From: an uncultured Bacteroidales bacterium
GTDB taxonomy: Bacteria; Bacteroidota; Bacteroidia; Bacteroidales; JAFGXI01
Reading direction: 5' to 3'
Assembly (NCBI GenBank): GCA_947311115.1
Contig: CAMZKE010000007.1
Coordinates: forward strand, 1 to 62,621
Length of the DNA stretch: 62,621 nt
Part shown: in pieces, positions 51,495-60,563 of the stretch
How positions within the stretch are numbered: position 1 is the stretch's first letter
Layout: each line of letters starts with the position of its first letter
Program-made: the position numbers and the translations under genes
The notes under the pieces: model-generated
The model's database searches: none
What the model was told of the DNA's origin: nothing
The model's input: the letters and a program-made list of their open reading frames with translations, nothing else

Positions 51495-52085
51495 ATGAAA
51501 TTACTAAGCTTAGTATTAATATTTATTGTTTTTTCAATAAATGCGCAAGATTTTGATATTTACCCGAAAAATCAAGATGATTATGTTAAAATGCCTTATG
51601 TTCATGAGAGTATGAGGTTAAACGAATTTCAATTACTATCGAGAAATGCAAGAATGATGGATATGGCTTATGCTGTAATAGTACCTGGTTATATGCATTT
51701 TAAGGCAAAAGAAAAACGTACAGGTTATATTCTACTTGGTTTTAGAATAGCCGGTTATATTGGCTTAGGTTCAGTTTATTATAGTTCTAGAATAGACGAT
51801 AATAATGTTTTTAATACTACAACAGGAATAGGTGAAACCGATACTCAAACAATAAAAATAACTAACGATTGGGACGTAAAAACAAGCGATTTGGTTTTGG
51901 TTTCTTCATTAGCCGTTATTATATCAACTTATCTTTATGATTGGATTCATGGAAAAGCAACGCTTGAAAAAAAACAAGAATATATACGCTATAAATATAG
52001 TGTAAAGCTTAAATTAGAAAAAAATAATATAAGTTTTACGAATACAAATTATTCGCCAAGTTTAGGCGTAAGCTTACAATTTTAA
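51495..52085 (+). CDS. Hypothetical envelope protein (signal peptide, two hydrophobic helices, C-terminal aromatic strand)
   Basis: AVIVPG..HF, hydrophobic segments, Y.YDW, ends LGVSLQF. Confidence 0.7.
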   Translation: MKLLSLVLIFIVFSINAQDFDIYPKNQDDYVKMPYVHESMRLNEFQLLSRNARMMDMAYAVIVPGYMHFKAKEKRTGYILLGFRIAGYIGLGSVYYSSRIDDNNVFNTTTGIGETDTQTIKITNDWDVKTSDLVLVSSLAVIISTYLYDWIHGKATLEKKQEYIRYKYSVKLKLEKNNISFTNTNYSPSLGVSLQF

Positions 52086-52089
52086 TAAC

Positions 52090-52902
52090 ATGAAAAATTT
52101 ATATATAATAATATTAGTATTTATCTCAATACGCTTATTTAGCCAGTTTTCTGTATCAACAGAGTTAAAGTATTTAATGATAATAAATAAGCAAGCCGAT
52201 GTAGAGTTAGTTTATGATAATATATTAAATGCAGAATTAGCATCTGATAGTTTAATTATTTTGGGTAATAATACCGAGCTCTCAGCTCAATTTTTTAATG
52301 AATTAGCTACAAGCTATTTTATAACAAAAAAATATAGTTTATCGCTTTTTTCATTATTACGACAGAGATGTTTATTTCCTAATAAAAAAATTGAACAACA
52401 ACAAAAGGATTTTCTTTTAGAAACTGCTTATCGATGCAATTTAAGCGATTCAGTTTCTCAATTATTGGTAAATAAAAGTAGTTTCAACAATAAAAAAGCA
52501 AACTATAGCAGTAAGCTTATTTTACTTTTAGAGCTAAGTACTAAAATTCATAAAAAAGAGCTTAATAATTATATTTACCGTATTGGATTAACTTTAAGGC
52601 AACAACAACAAGATATACCTATTTGGTATCAGCACTGGGAATTTTTAACTTTAGTAAATTTAAAAGAAAAGAAAAAAGCTCAGGCATTAAAATATGGAAC
52701 AAATAGTAAACCAATATATTCTCAAATAACAAATAATAAATTAAAATACAAAGTTTACCGCAAAACAATAAAACACTACATAAAAACAAATTCATTTAGG
52801 CAAGCTCATAAAATTTTAGATGAATATAACACGTGCAAATTACCTGTATTTTTAAAGTTTGATTCGTTTGTTAAAGGTTTAAGAATTTGGGTAAGAATAT
52901 AG
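52090..52902 (+). CDS. Hypothetical secreted helical protein
   Basis: Signal peptide, 270 aa, starts 4 bp after the preceding gene; no recognised motif. Confidence 0.65.
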   Translation: MKNLYIIILVFISIRLFSQFSVSTELKYLMIINKQADVELVYDNILNAELASDSLIILGNNTELSAQFFNELATSYFITKKYSLSLFSLLRQRCLFPNKKIEQQQKDFLLETAYRCNLSDSVSQLLVNKSSFNNKKANYSSKLILLLELSTKIHKKELNNYIYRIGLTLRQQQQDIPIWYQHWEFLTLVNLKEKKKAQALKYGTNSKPIYSQITNNKLKYKVYRKTIKHYIKTNSFRQAHKILDEYNTCKLPVFLKFDSFVKGLRIWVRI

Positions 52903-52978
52903 TTTTTAAATACAAATATCAAAAAAGGGACTTCTGCTAAATAAAACTAAGCATATCATTAATCAAGATTGTAAAAAT

Positions 52979-53049
52979 ATACATGCTTGTATTAGTAAAA
53001 TAAATTAGAATATTTAGTCTTTGCGAAAATCAATAAATTTGCTGATTTG
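52979..53049 (-). repeat. 71-bp upstream module, copy A (orphan; no downstream gene)
   Basis: Ungapped match to 54037-54107, about 60/71 identical by hand; exact ATACATGCTTGTATTAGT and AATAAATTTGCTGATTTG blocks. Confidence 0.85.
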
Positions 53050-53073
53050 TTAAGTTTTAATGAAAAGGAAAAT

Positions 53074-53128
53074 AAAAAAGGTTGCTTTTGAAAAACAACC
53101 TTTTAAAACCTACTATTTATAAGAAATA
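53074..53128 (-). terminator. Terminator plus 3' UTR module, copy 1
   Basis: AAAAGGTTG-cttttgaaaaa-CAACCTTTT hairpin; homologous to 55101-55159. Confidence 0.8.
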
Positions 53129-54001
53129 TTATTTTTTAACAAACTTTTGTATTGATGCTCCAACTTTAACAAAATATATTCCTGTTTGAAATTTCTCTAA
53201 ACTAATTGTTAAATCGTTTTCGTTAGAAACAGAATTGTAAATTGTTTTGCCTGTAATATCTAACACCTGAACATTCTCATTGCTTACATTTTTAATTGTA
53301 ATATGTTCGGTTGCGGGGTTAGGGAAAACTGTATAATTATTTTCAGATATGTTTGTAATATTTGTAATACCATGTGCCCAATTATAATAATCGGTACTAT
53401 CGGTTGAATTTATTCCCCAGCTAACATTAAACGAACCCAAATCGTAATCAGATTGTAAATCGCCTTCAGGAACACCGTCGTAATCGTTGTCAATGTTTGC
53501 GCCATTATAAAACGCATAATAAACATACGAACCTGTAGTAAAGAAGTTGCTATTACGAGTTACAGGGAATGTTCTGTCGCCTACACCTTTCCATCTCCAA
53601 TCAGAATCGGTAAATGTACCGGCAACATAATTTGTTGGGGTTGGGTCGGTTGTAGCAAGTTCGATAGTTGAAACCCTACAGTATTGTGTAGCAGCCGCTT
53701 GACCATTAAAAGAAATGCTAATTTTAGTTACATAAGGTGGTACAAATATTTTAAAAAGTGCAGCTTCTGTACTTCCTATATATATTGTGTTTGCACTAGT
53801 AACAGGAACATAAGTTATTAAATATTGCTGAGAATAATCGTTCCAAATCATTGCTGCAGGCGATAACACAGAACCATCAGAGCCATCTTGAGGCCCTTCG
53901 GGGTAATTAAATGTTTGATTAAATGTAAAACTTGGGATTTCTTGTGCGTTTACAAAAATAAAAGACGCAATTAATAAAAATGTAAAAATTTTTGTTTTCA
54001 T
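53129..54001 (-). CDS. T9SS type A cargo protein with unrecognised passenger domain
   Basis: Signal peptide; CTD VFPNPA...DITGK...GIYFVKVG...KFVKK. Confidence 0.88.
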   Translation of the reverse strand: MKTKIFTFLLIASFIFVNAQEIPSFTFNQTFNYPEGPQDGSDGSVLSPAAMIWNDYSQQYLITYVPVTSANTIYIGSTEAALFKIFVPPYVTKISISFNGQAAATQYCRVSTIELATTDPTPTNYVAGTFTDSDWRWKGVGDRTFPVTRNSNFFTTGSYVYYAFYNGANIDNDYDGVPEGDLQSDYDLGSFNVSWGINSTDSTDYYNWAHGITNITNISENNYTVFPNPATEHITIKNVSNENVQVLDITGKTIYNSVSNENDLTISLEKFQTGIYFVKVGASIQKFVKK

Positions 54002-54036
54002 AGTGATTTATTTTTAATTAATAATTCATTACAAAC

Positions 54037-54107
54037 ATACATGCTTGTATTAGTCATATCAAGCAGATTATTGGGCTTTTGCGAAAATGAATAAATTTGC
54101 TGATTTG
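54037..54107 (-). promoter_or_regulatory. 71-bp upstream module, copy B (promoter region of 53129-54001)
   Basis: Repeat of copy A; overlaps TATGTTTG (TAnnTTTG) on the minus strand at 54032-54039. Confidence 0.75.
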
Positions 54108-54164
54108 ATTAAATCTATTGTATCTTTACAAAATACACAATAAATTACCTTAATTAATATTAAA

Positions 54165-54794
54165 ATGAGTTTTAAAAAAATTGATTTAAAAAATTGGAAT
54201 AGAAAAGATATATTTGAGTTTTATAAAAATTATGAGCAGCCGTTTTTTAATGTTACTGCTAATATTGATGTTACAAATCTATATAAATATTGTAAAGAAA
54301 ATAACCATTCATTTTTTATTTACTGTTTATATATCTCAACTAAAGTTGCGAACAGCATAAACGAATTTAAAATAAGAATAGAAAATGGAGAGCCTGTTAT
54401 TTTTGATAAAATTAATACAGGTTCAACAATATTGAAAGATGATAATACTTTCTTTTTTGTGTATTTAGAGTATTTTAACGATTTTATAGAGTTTCATAAT
54501 AAAAGTATGAAGCAAATTGAAATTACGAAAAAAGAAAGTGTTATTAAAGGAGGTGCCGGAAGTCAAGGGGTAATATATCATTCTACTGTACCATGGATTA
54601 GTTTTACATCGGTACAACATGCTCAAGATTCTAAAAAAGGGCGTACTGTACCAAAAATTGTATTTGGTAAATATTTTAATGATGGTAATAAATTATTAAT
54701 GCCTTTATCTGTAGAGGTGCATCATGCTCTTGCTGATGGTTATCACGTTGGATTATTTTATAAAAAATATCAGGAGGAAATTGACAAATTGTAA
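54165..54794 (+). CDS. cat: Chloramphenicol acetyltransferase (CatA-like)
   Basis: ID...W.RK..F.F, S.VPWISFTS, P.I.FGKY, active-site VHHALADGYHVG. Confidence 0.85.
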   Translation: MSFKKIDLKNWNRKDIFEFYKNYEQPFFNVTANIDVTNLYKYCKENNHSFFIYCLYISTKVANSINEFKIRIENGEPVIFDKINTGSTILKDDNTFFFVYLEYFNDFIEFHNKSMKQIEITKKESVIKGGAGSQGVIYHSTVPWISFTSVQHAQDSKKGRTVPKIVFGKYFNDGNKLLMPLSVEVHHALADGYHVGLFYKKYQEEIDKL

Positions 54795-54848
54795 AGTTAA
54801 AAAGTATGTTTGCCTGATAGGTATTAACCCGACGGGGATATACCGTTA

Positions 54849-55054
54849 TAATTTATTACGATAAATTTTCGTAATTTAAATATCATAAAAATCATATAAA
54901 ATCTGCGTCTCTTTATAGATTGAAGTATCAACCCAAACATATAACCATTAACTAAATAAGCGTATTAATTAAATTGGTAAAAACCTAACAGGTTTTAGAA
55001 ACCTGTTAGGTTTAATACTTTTATAAGTAAGACGAATCTAATTTATTACGATAA
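54849..55054. repeat. Pair of 16-bp direct repeats TAATTTATTACGATAA (54849-54864, 55039-55054)
   Basis: Exact copies 190 bp apart, each followed by a similar half-palindrome. Confidence 0.7.
54981..55013. repeat. REP-like perfect palindrome
   Basis: AAACCTAACAGGTTT-tag-AAACCTGTTAGGTTT. Confidence 0.85.
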
Positions 55055-55100
55055 TTTACCGTCATTTTAATAACTTTATTTTGCCTTGATGCAAAATAAC

Positions 55101-55159
55101 AAAAAAAAGGGTTGCTTTTAAAAAACAACCCTTTAAAACTACCACTTTTATGAGAAAAC
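55101..55159 (-). terminator. Terminator plus 3' UTR module, copy 2
   Basis: AAAGGGTTG-cttttaaaaaa-CAACCCTTT; compensatory stem change relative to copy 1. Confidence 0.8.
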
Positions 55160-56322
55160 TTACTCTTTAATAAATTTCTTAACCTGTGCACCTACTTTTA
55201 TAAAGTAAACCCCATTATTTAGCTCAGAAACATTAATATTTTGTTTAGTTTCGTTTAATAATACGGAAATTACAACTTTTCCTGTAATATCAATAATTTG
55301 AATATTAGCGTTTGAATATGTATTTGTAACTTTAACTTGTAAAATATTTTTTGCAGGATTTGGGAAAATAATAAATTCATTATCATTATTAAATACATTT
55401 GATATATTACTTGTTAAAGCGAGAGTATCATCTTGATATATTTTAAAATCATCGAAAGCAGAACCCAAATCAGTTGCGGCATCTTGCGATGAAAACTTAA
55501 AACGGAATTTTACATTATTTGAGTTGGTCATTATTGCATTAATATTGCTTAATGTACGACGCTTAACTTCAAAGCCTTGAGTTGTAAATGTAAACGAGAT
55601 ATATGGCGAATTATACCAAAATGGGTTTGATGAAGGAACAGCTCCTACGGTACCCCAGTTTGCACCATTATCGATTGAGTATGACAGGTTTAGTTGCTCA
55701 TTAATAATATCTGTACCATAATTAAATACTGTAATATTAACAGTATCAGAGCTTGCACGCCTAAATCTTTAGCCACAAGTTCTTGAACTAATAGGTCGTC
55801 GAAAGCAAAGCGTGCTGTTGAACTACCACTACCGGAACCTGCATTTTGATAACCAAAAGAAAATCTAATTTGGATACTGTCAGCTCCTACAATAAATGAT
55901 GATAAATCAGCATTAAAACTAGTGCCGTTAGCTGGTTGAATATGCTGTATAGTATCCCAACTAACACCCCCATCTGTTGTGATTAATAAATTACAGAATG
56001 TAGTAAACATTGATTCGTAAGAGTAATACATTGATAAATTTAATGTATTTGTTACTGCTGTTACGTCATAAAATGGGGTATATAATTCAACCGAATCACT
56101 ACCCATTCCAAACACTGGGTAATCTATTTCTTTAACAATATATCCATTGTTTTGTGTTGGAAATGTTTCGTTTTGGTTGTCATAATTCCAAGTGCCGAGC
56201 TCTTGCCAATTTGTTGGTAATTGCATATTAGAGAAATCCTCTGATATAGGCAATGTTTGTAATTGCGAAAATCCTAAAATAGAAATAGCAACTAATGTTA
56301 ATGTTAATAATAATCTTGTCAT
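55160..56322 (-). pseudogene. T9SS type A cargo gene disrupted by a frameshift near 55750
   Basis: ORF 55690-56322 has the signal peptide and reads ...DLGVQA. A different frame then runs open as SDTVNITVFNYGTD...SYSIDNGANW... into ORF 55160-55531, which has the CTD (IFPNPA...GVYFIKVG). Confidence 0.8.
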
Positions 56323-56388
56323 AGTGATTTAATTTAAAAATTCGATGGCAAGATATACAGTGCATTAAGTCAAATCAATTTACTGATG

Positions 56389-56505
56389 TGTCAATTTCTA
56401 AATTGATAAGGTTTTAACGATTTGATTATCTTTGTTTACAAATGTGAGATAAGTGCAGTTTTAAAGGATATTACTATTAATTGTTTGTCAATTTCTATAT
56501 CGATA
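56389..56505. promoter_or_regulatory. Two direct copies of TGTCAATTTCTAwATyGATA in a divergent intergenic region
   Basis: 56389-56408 and 56486-56505, 18/20 identical. Confidence 0.55.
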
Positions 56506-56569
56506 TATATACAATTTTATATGTACGCGCGTAGTTTGTAATATTGTGTTTGTAATTAAAAAACACATC

Positions 56570-59179
56570 ATGAAAATTTTATATTTTTTACTTTTTATAA
56601 GTGTCGTTAGTTTTTCACAAACAGAGTTACCTAGCTTAAGAGAAGTTCAATCTTGCCAAAATACTCCAATAATTGTAGATTCTGGCTTGAATACTTTAAC
56701 TTCAACTTATAATTGTGCCGAAGAAATTAAATTAGGGACCGTCAGACAGCAAGATGTATTTCCTTGGTGTAATCCCGGATTTACAGTTAGCGAGCTGAAT
56801 ACTAATTTTTTTCCAAGTCCATCGAGAAGTATTAAAATATATAGAAATGGGGTTTTGTGGGTTGATATACCTTATACACAATCGGGGCAACCAATACCAA
56901 ATACGGGTGGCTATTTAGATCCAACTGCAATTTACAAATACGAAATTTGTGATAATGCCAATGGCGGTTCGTTTGCATATAGTATTATTGATGTAACAGA
57001 TGAGTTTGTTTTAGCATCAGGTGATTTTGTCATTCCTACAGGTGGAGGTTGTGCTTCAGTTACTTTTGGGCCTATAGGCGGTACTTATACTTTTTCAGGC
57101 GATGGTATCACAAATCTTGGTAATGGAACGGGTGTTTTTAATAGCTCGATAGCAGGTGTAGGAACACATACAATAACATATAGTTTTACTAATTTACGAG
57201 GTTGTTCCGGTACAAACACCGCACAAATTACTGTTAACGGGCCAAGCGTTAATGCGGGAGTAGATGTTTCTGCATGTAAAGGAGAGCAAGTTACAATAGG
57301 TAACACATCGGTTGTTAATGGTGGCACAGGTAATATTATTTATAATTGGACATCAGCAATTAGTGGCACAACAAATAACTCGCAAATATTTACAACAACA
57401 GCCGATACTTCAGAAACATATTATTTAAATATTACCGATGTAAATGGTGCAGGCTGTACTGTTACAGATTCAATAAATGTTACATCTTTCGAAAATCCTA
57501 CGCTATATTTAACTCCAAATCAGCTAAATTTATGTGCTAACGATTCTGCCGTAATAAAAGCTAGTTGGTTAAATGGCACTGGTGTAATAAATTATGCTGC
57601 CCTTTCGGGAGATACAGCTCTGCTGTCTAATATTGTTGCAGATTCTGCTGTTTTTTCTTCAGCCTTACATGGTAATTATCAAATAAATATGCTAGTTTCT
57701 GATGATAATAATTGCTCGGCTACTGCTACTACAAATATAACAGTAAACGAGAATCCAAATTTAATTATCAATAATATTGAGAATGTAAAATGTTATGGCG
57801 ATTCTACTGCAAACATTCAAATTACATCGAATTCAGGCTCTTTACCATATAAATACTTTTTAAATGCAGATAGTAATTTAACAGGTATTTTCTCTAATTT
57901 GCCTGCTGATACTTTTAATTTATTAATTATTGACGACAATTTATGTAAATCGGATACTCAAATTATTATAACACAAGCCGACTCATTGTTTGTTAATTAC
58001 TCAACTGTTTCTGAAATATGTGGAAATTCTAATGCGAGTATAAGCGTGAGTGTTAATGGAGGTACTCCGGATTATTCGTATAATTGGGATAATTTTTCGC
58101 AAGATACTGCATATATATTAAATATAAATACGGGAATATATAATTTAACTGTTACCGATAATTATTTATGTAATAAAGAATTGCAAATTATTGTAGATGG
58201 TTCGGGCAATTTAACCGCAAATATTGATACTGTTAAAAATATTAGTTGCTTTGGTGATAATAATGCTGAAATTTTAGCAAATATTTCAACATCTACCAAT
58301 TTTATATCTTATTTATATAAAAATAATATGTTAATAGATTCAATAATTACTACAGCTGATAGTATTGTAAGTTTTAACAACTTAAACGGAGGTAGTTATA
58401 GTATAGTTGTTGTTGATACAAATAATTGTATTGATACTATTGAAAATGTAAATATTACTGAGCCAAATGCATTAGAACTATATTATTCGGAGGTTGAAAA
58501 TACAAGTTGTTTTGGTGGTGTAGATGGAAGTATTAATACGGAAATACAGGGTGGCATTTTGCCATATACTTATTATTGGAATAATGTTTTGGGTGATGAA
58601 AATATAAATTATGCAAATGCAGGAACATATATTTTACGTACAAAAGATAAAAATAATTGTGTTAGAATCGATACATTTATTGTAACAGAGCCATTACAAT
58701 TGCAAGTTTCTGATTCGGTAATTATTGAAAATAATTTAGGAAATATTGTTTTAAATGTAAATGGAGGAACTCCCGGGTATTATTTTGCGTGGTCAAATGG
58801 CGAAACATCGGCAAATAATATCAATTTGGTTTCAGGCGAATATTTTGTAACTGTTTCCGATAAAAATAATTGCACTATCGAAAAAGAATATACCATTGAA
58901 TTGCCATTAATAATACCAAATGTAATAACACCTAACGCCGATGACTATAACGACACCTGGAAAATTCAAAATATAGAGGCTTATGGCGATATTGAAATAA
59001 CAATATTAAATCGTTGGGGCGATGCCGTATTTTCATATTCAGGAAATTCGTATAGCGATGTATCTAATCAATGGGATGGCAATTATTTAGGTAAAGAATT
59101 GCCATTTGGTACATATGTATATATTATTAAATTATCAGATGATGATGTGAGGAGTGGGACTATAACAATAGTGCGTTAA
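56570..59179 (+). CDS. SprB-repeat surface protein with T9SS type B (gliding-motility-associated) CTD
   Basis: Signal peptide from ATG 56570; repeats C.G...G.I....GGT.PY.Y.W...G.Y...V.D.N.C; CTD IPNVITPNAD.YND.W.I...NRWG...GTY.Y. Confidence 0.88.
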   Translation: MKILYFLLFISVVSFSQTELPSLREVQSCQNTPIIVDSGLNTLTSTYNCAEEIKLGTVRQQDVFPWCNPGFTVSELNTNFFPSPSRSIKIYRNGVLWVDIPYTQSGQPIPNTGGYLDPTAIYKYEICDNANGGSFAYSIIDVTDEFVLASGDFVIPTGGGCASVTFGPIGGTYTFSGDGITNLGNGTGVFNSSIAGVGTHTITYSFTNLRGCSGTNTAQITVNGPSVNAGVDVSACKGEQVTIGNTSVVNGGTGNIIYNWTSAISGTTNNSQIFTTTADTSETYYLNITDVNGAGCTVTDSINVTSFENPTLYLTPNQLNLCANDSAVIKASWLNGTGVINYAALSGDTALLSNIVADSAVFSSALHGNYQINMLVSDDNNCSATATTNITVNENPNLIINNIENVKCYGDSTANIQITSNSGSLPYKYFLNADSNLTGIFSNLPADTFNLLIIDDNLCKSDTQIIITQADSLFVNYSTVSEICGNSNASISVSVNGGTPDYSYNWDNFSQDTAYILNINTGIYNLTVTDNYLCNKELQIIVDGSGNLTANIDTVKNISCFGDNNAEILANISTSTNFISYLYKNNMLIDSIITTADSIVSFNNLNGGSYSIVVVDTNNCIDTIENVNITEPNALELYYSEVENTSCFGGVDGSINTEIQGGILPYTYYWNNVLGDENINYANAGTYILRTKDKNNCVRIDTFIVTEPLQLQVSDSVIIENNLGNIVLNVNGGTPGYYFAWSNGETSANNINLVSGEYFVTVSDKNNCTIEKEYTIELPLIIPNVITPNADDYNDTWKIQNIEAYGDIEITILNRWGDAVFSYSGNSYSDVSNQWDGNYLGKELPFGTYVYIIKLSDDDVRSGTITIVR

Positions 59180-59407
59180 CTAATCATATTTTTAATGAGT
59201 GTTATACCAACTCAACACCAAAATACGCTATATAAATCATTTCTATTTTTATTTCTTTTTGTTAAAAATTATTCCCATAGCTATTGCTATGCAAAGGATT
59301 TTTACCTCAATAAAGAAAAATATATTCTAATTTATTTATAACGTACTTTGATATCAAGTTGGTATTATCAATAGAATTCTGTACTTTTAATTAGTTTCTT
59401 ACAAGCT

Positions 59408-60563
59408 CTAATTATTTTTCACTTGTTTTAAATAATACGAAGGAGTAATACCTGTTACTCGCTTAAACGAACGATTAAAAACAGATATTGAATTAAAACC
59501 TGCTTTTTCTGATATAGCAGCCAAAGTAAGGTTGTAATAGTCAGGGATAGTCATTAACCTGCGAGCTTCGGCAACACGGTAATCGTTAATAAAGTTACTG
59601 AAGTTTTTATTAAAATGTGTGTTTATTTCTTGCGAAACATAAGTTTTGTTAGTACCTAAATCATCAGCAAATTTAAAAATTGTAAGACTTGGGTCTAAAT
59701 ATGCTTTTTTATTCTCTATATGGTCAATAATTTTATCTATTAACCCTGAACTTTCAGTATTAACTTCGGTAGGTTCTTTTGCTTTGGTAATTTGCTGTTT
59801 TAATTCAACAAGTTCTTCCTCGGCAGTTACGGCATTCATATTCTGCTTTGCCAAATCTTTGTAAGCTAAATTTATCTTCTTTAATTGAAGTAAAATTAAT
59901 ACAATAAAAATTAATGATAATAATATACCTCCTGATAATAAATATACAAATGTGGTTTTACTTTTAATTTCAACTTCGTTTTTTTGTAATTCAATATCCT
60001 TTAACTCAACATTGTATTGTACTTTTAGTTCGTTTAAAAGTTTGTCTTTTTTTATTAAATTTAGTGTGTCGCTTATTTGAGTATATAAATCGTAATATTT
60101 TAATGCAACCTCAAAGTTACCCTGATTTCGTTCTATATCGATAAGTAATTTGTAATTATAGAACAATAGTTTTTTAGTGTCAATTTCTTTAGCAATAGAT
60201 ATAGATTGAAGAGCATACAATTTAGCTTTTTCGTATTGTTTTAATTGTAAATAAACATCGGCAAAACGCTCGTATGTTATGGCAATATTATATCTACTTT
60301 CTGTTTTCTCAAAAATTTTAATTGCTTTATTGTAAAATAAAATTGATTTGTTGGTATCGTTATTATAAAAATATGATTCAGCTAAATTTGATAATCTTGT
60401 ACCATAATCAACCGAGTTTGTATCGGTATAATTTAATGCTTTTTTGTAATACAAAATTGATTTGTCAAAATTATGCTGTAGTCTGTAAATCATACCAATA
60501 TTGTTGTACACTTGTAACATACTCATAGTATCCTTATGTTTTTCTAATATTTTACTTGCCTCA
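59408..60563 (-). pseudogene. 5'-truncated TPR-TM-AraC one-component regulator
   Basis: TPR repeats, one TM helix, AraC HTH (NFSNFINDYRV.EA, AGFNS.S.FNR.FK..TG.TPS.Y). The frame continues upstream of 60526 (EASKILEKHKDT) to a junction at ~60560; no signal peptide. Confidence 0.8.

Noticed and set aside
54800-54850. GC-richer stretch after cat (AACCCGACGGGG) as riboswitch or tRNA fragment
   Set aside because: Only a 3-4 bp stem and no recognisable conserved RNA motif.
54971-54982. AAATTGGTAAAA match to the left terminal repeat
   Set aside because: A 12-bp AT-rich match is plausible by chance in this composition.
52979-55159. Repeats as CRISPR array, integron attC sites or dif modules
   Set aside because: No regular repeat-spacer period, no cas or integrase gene, no RYYYAAC/GTTRRRY-bounded attC structure and no TTATGTTAAAT XerD arm recognised.
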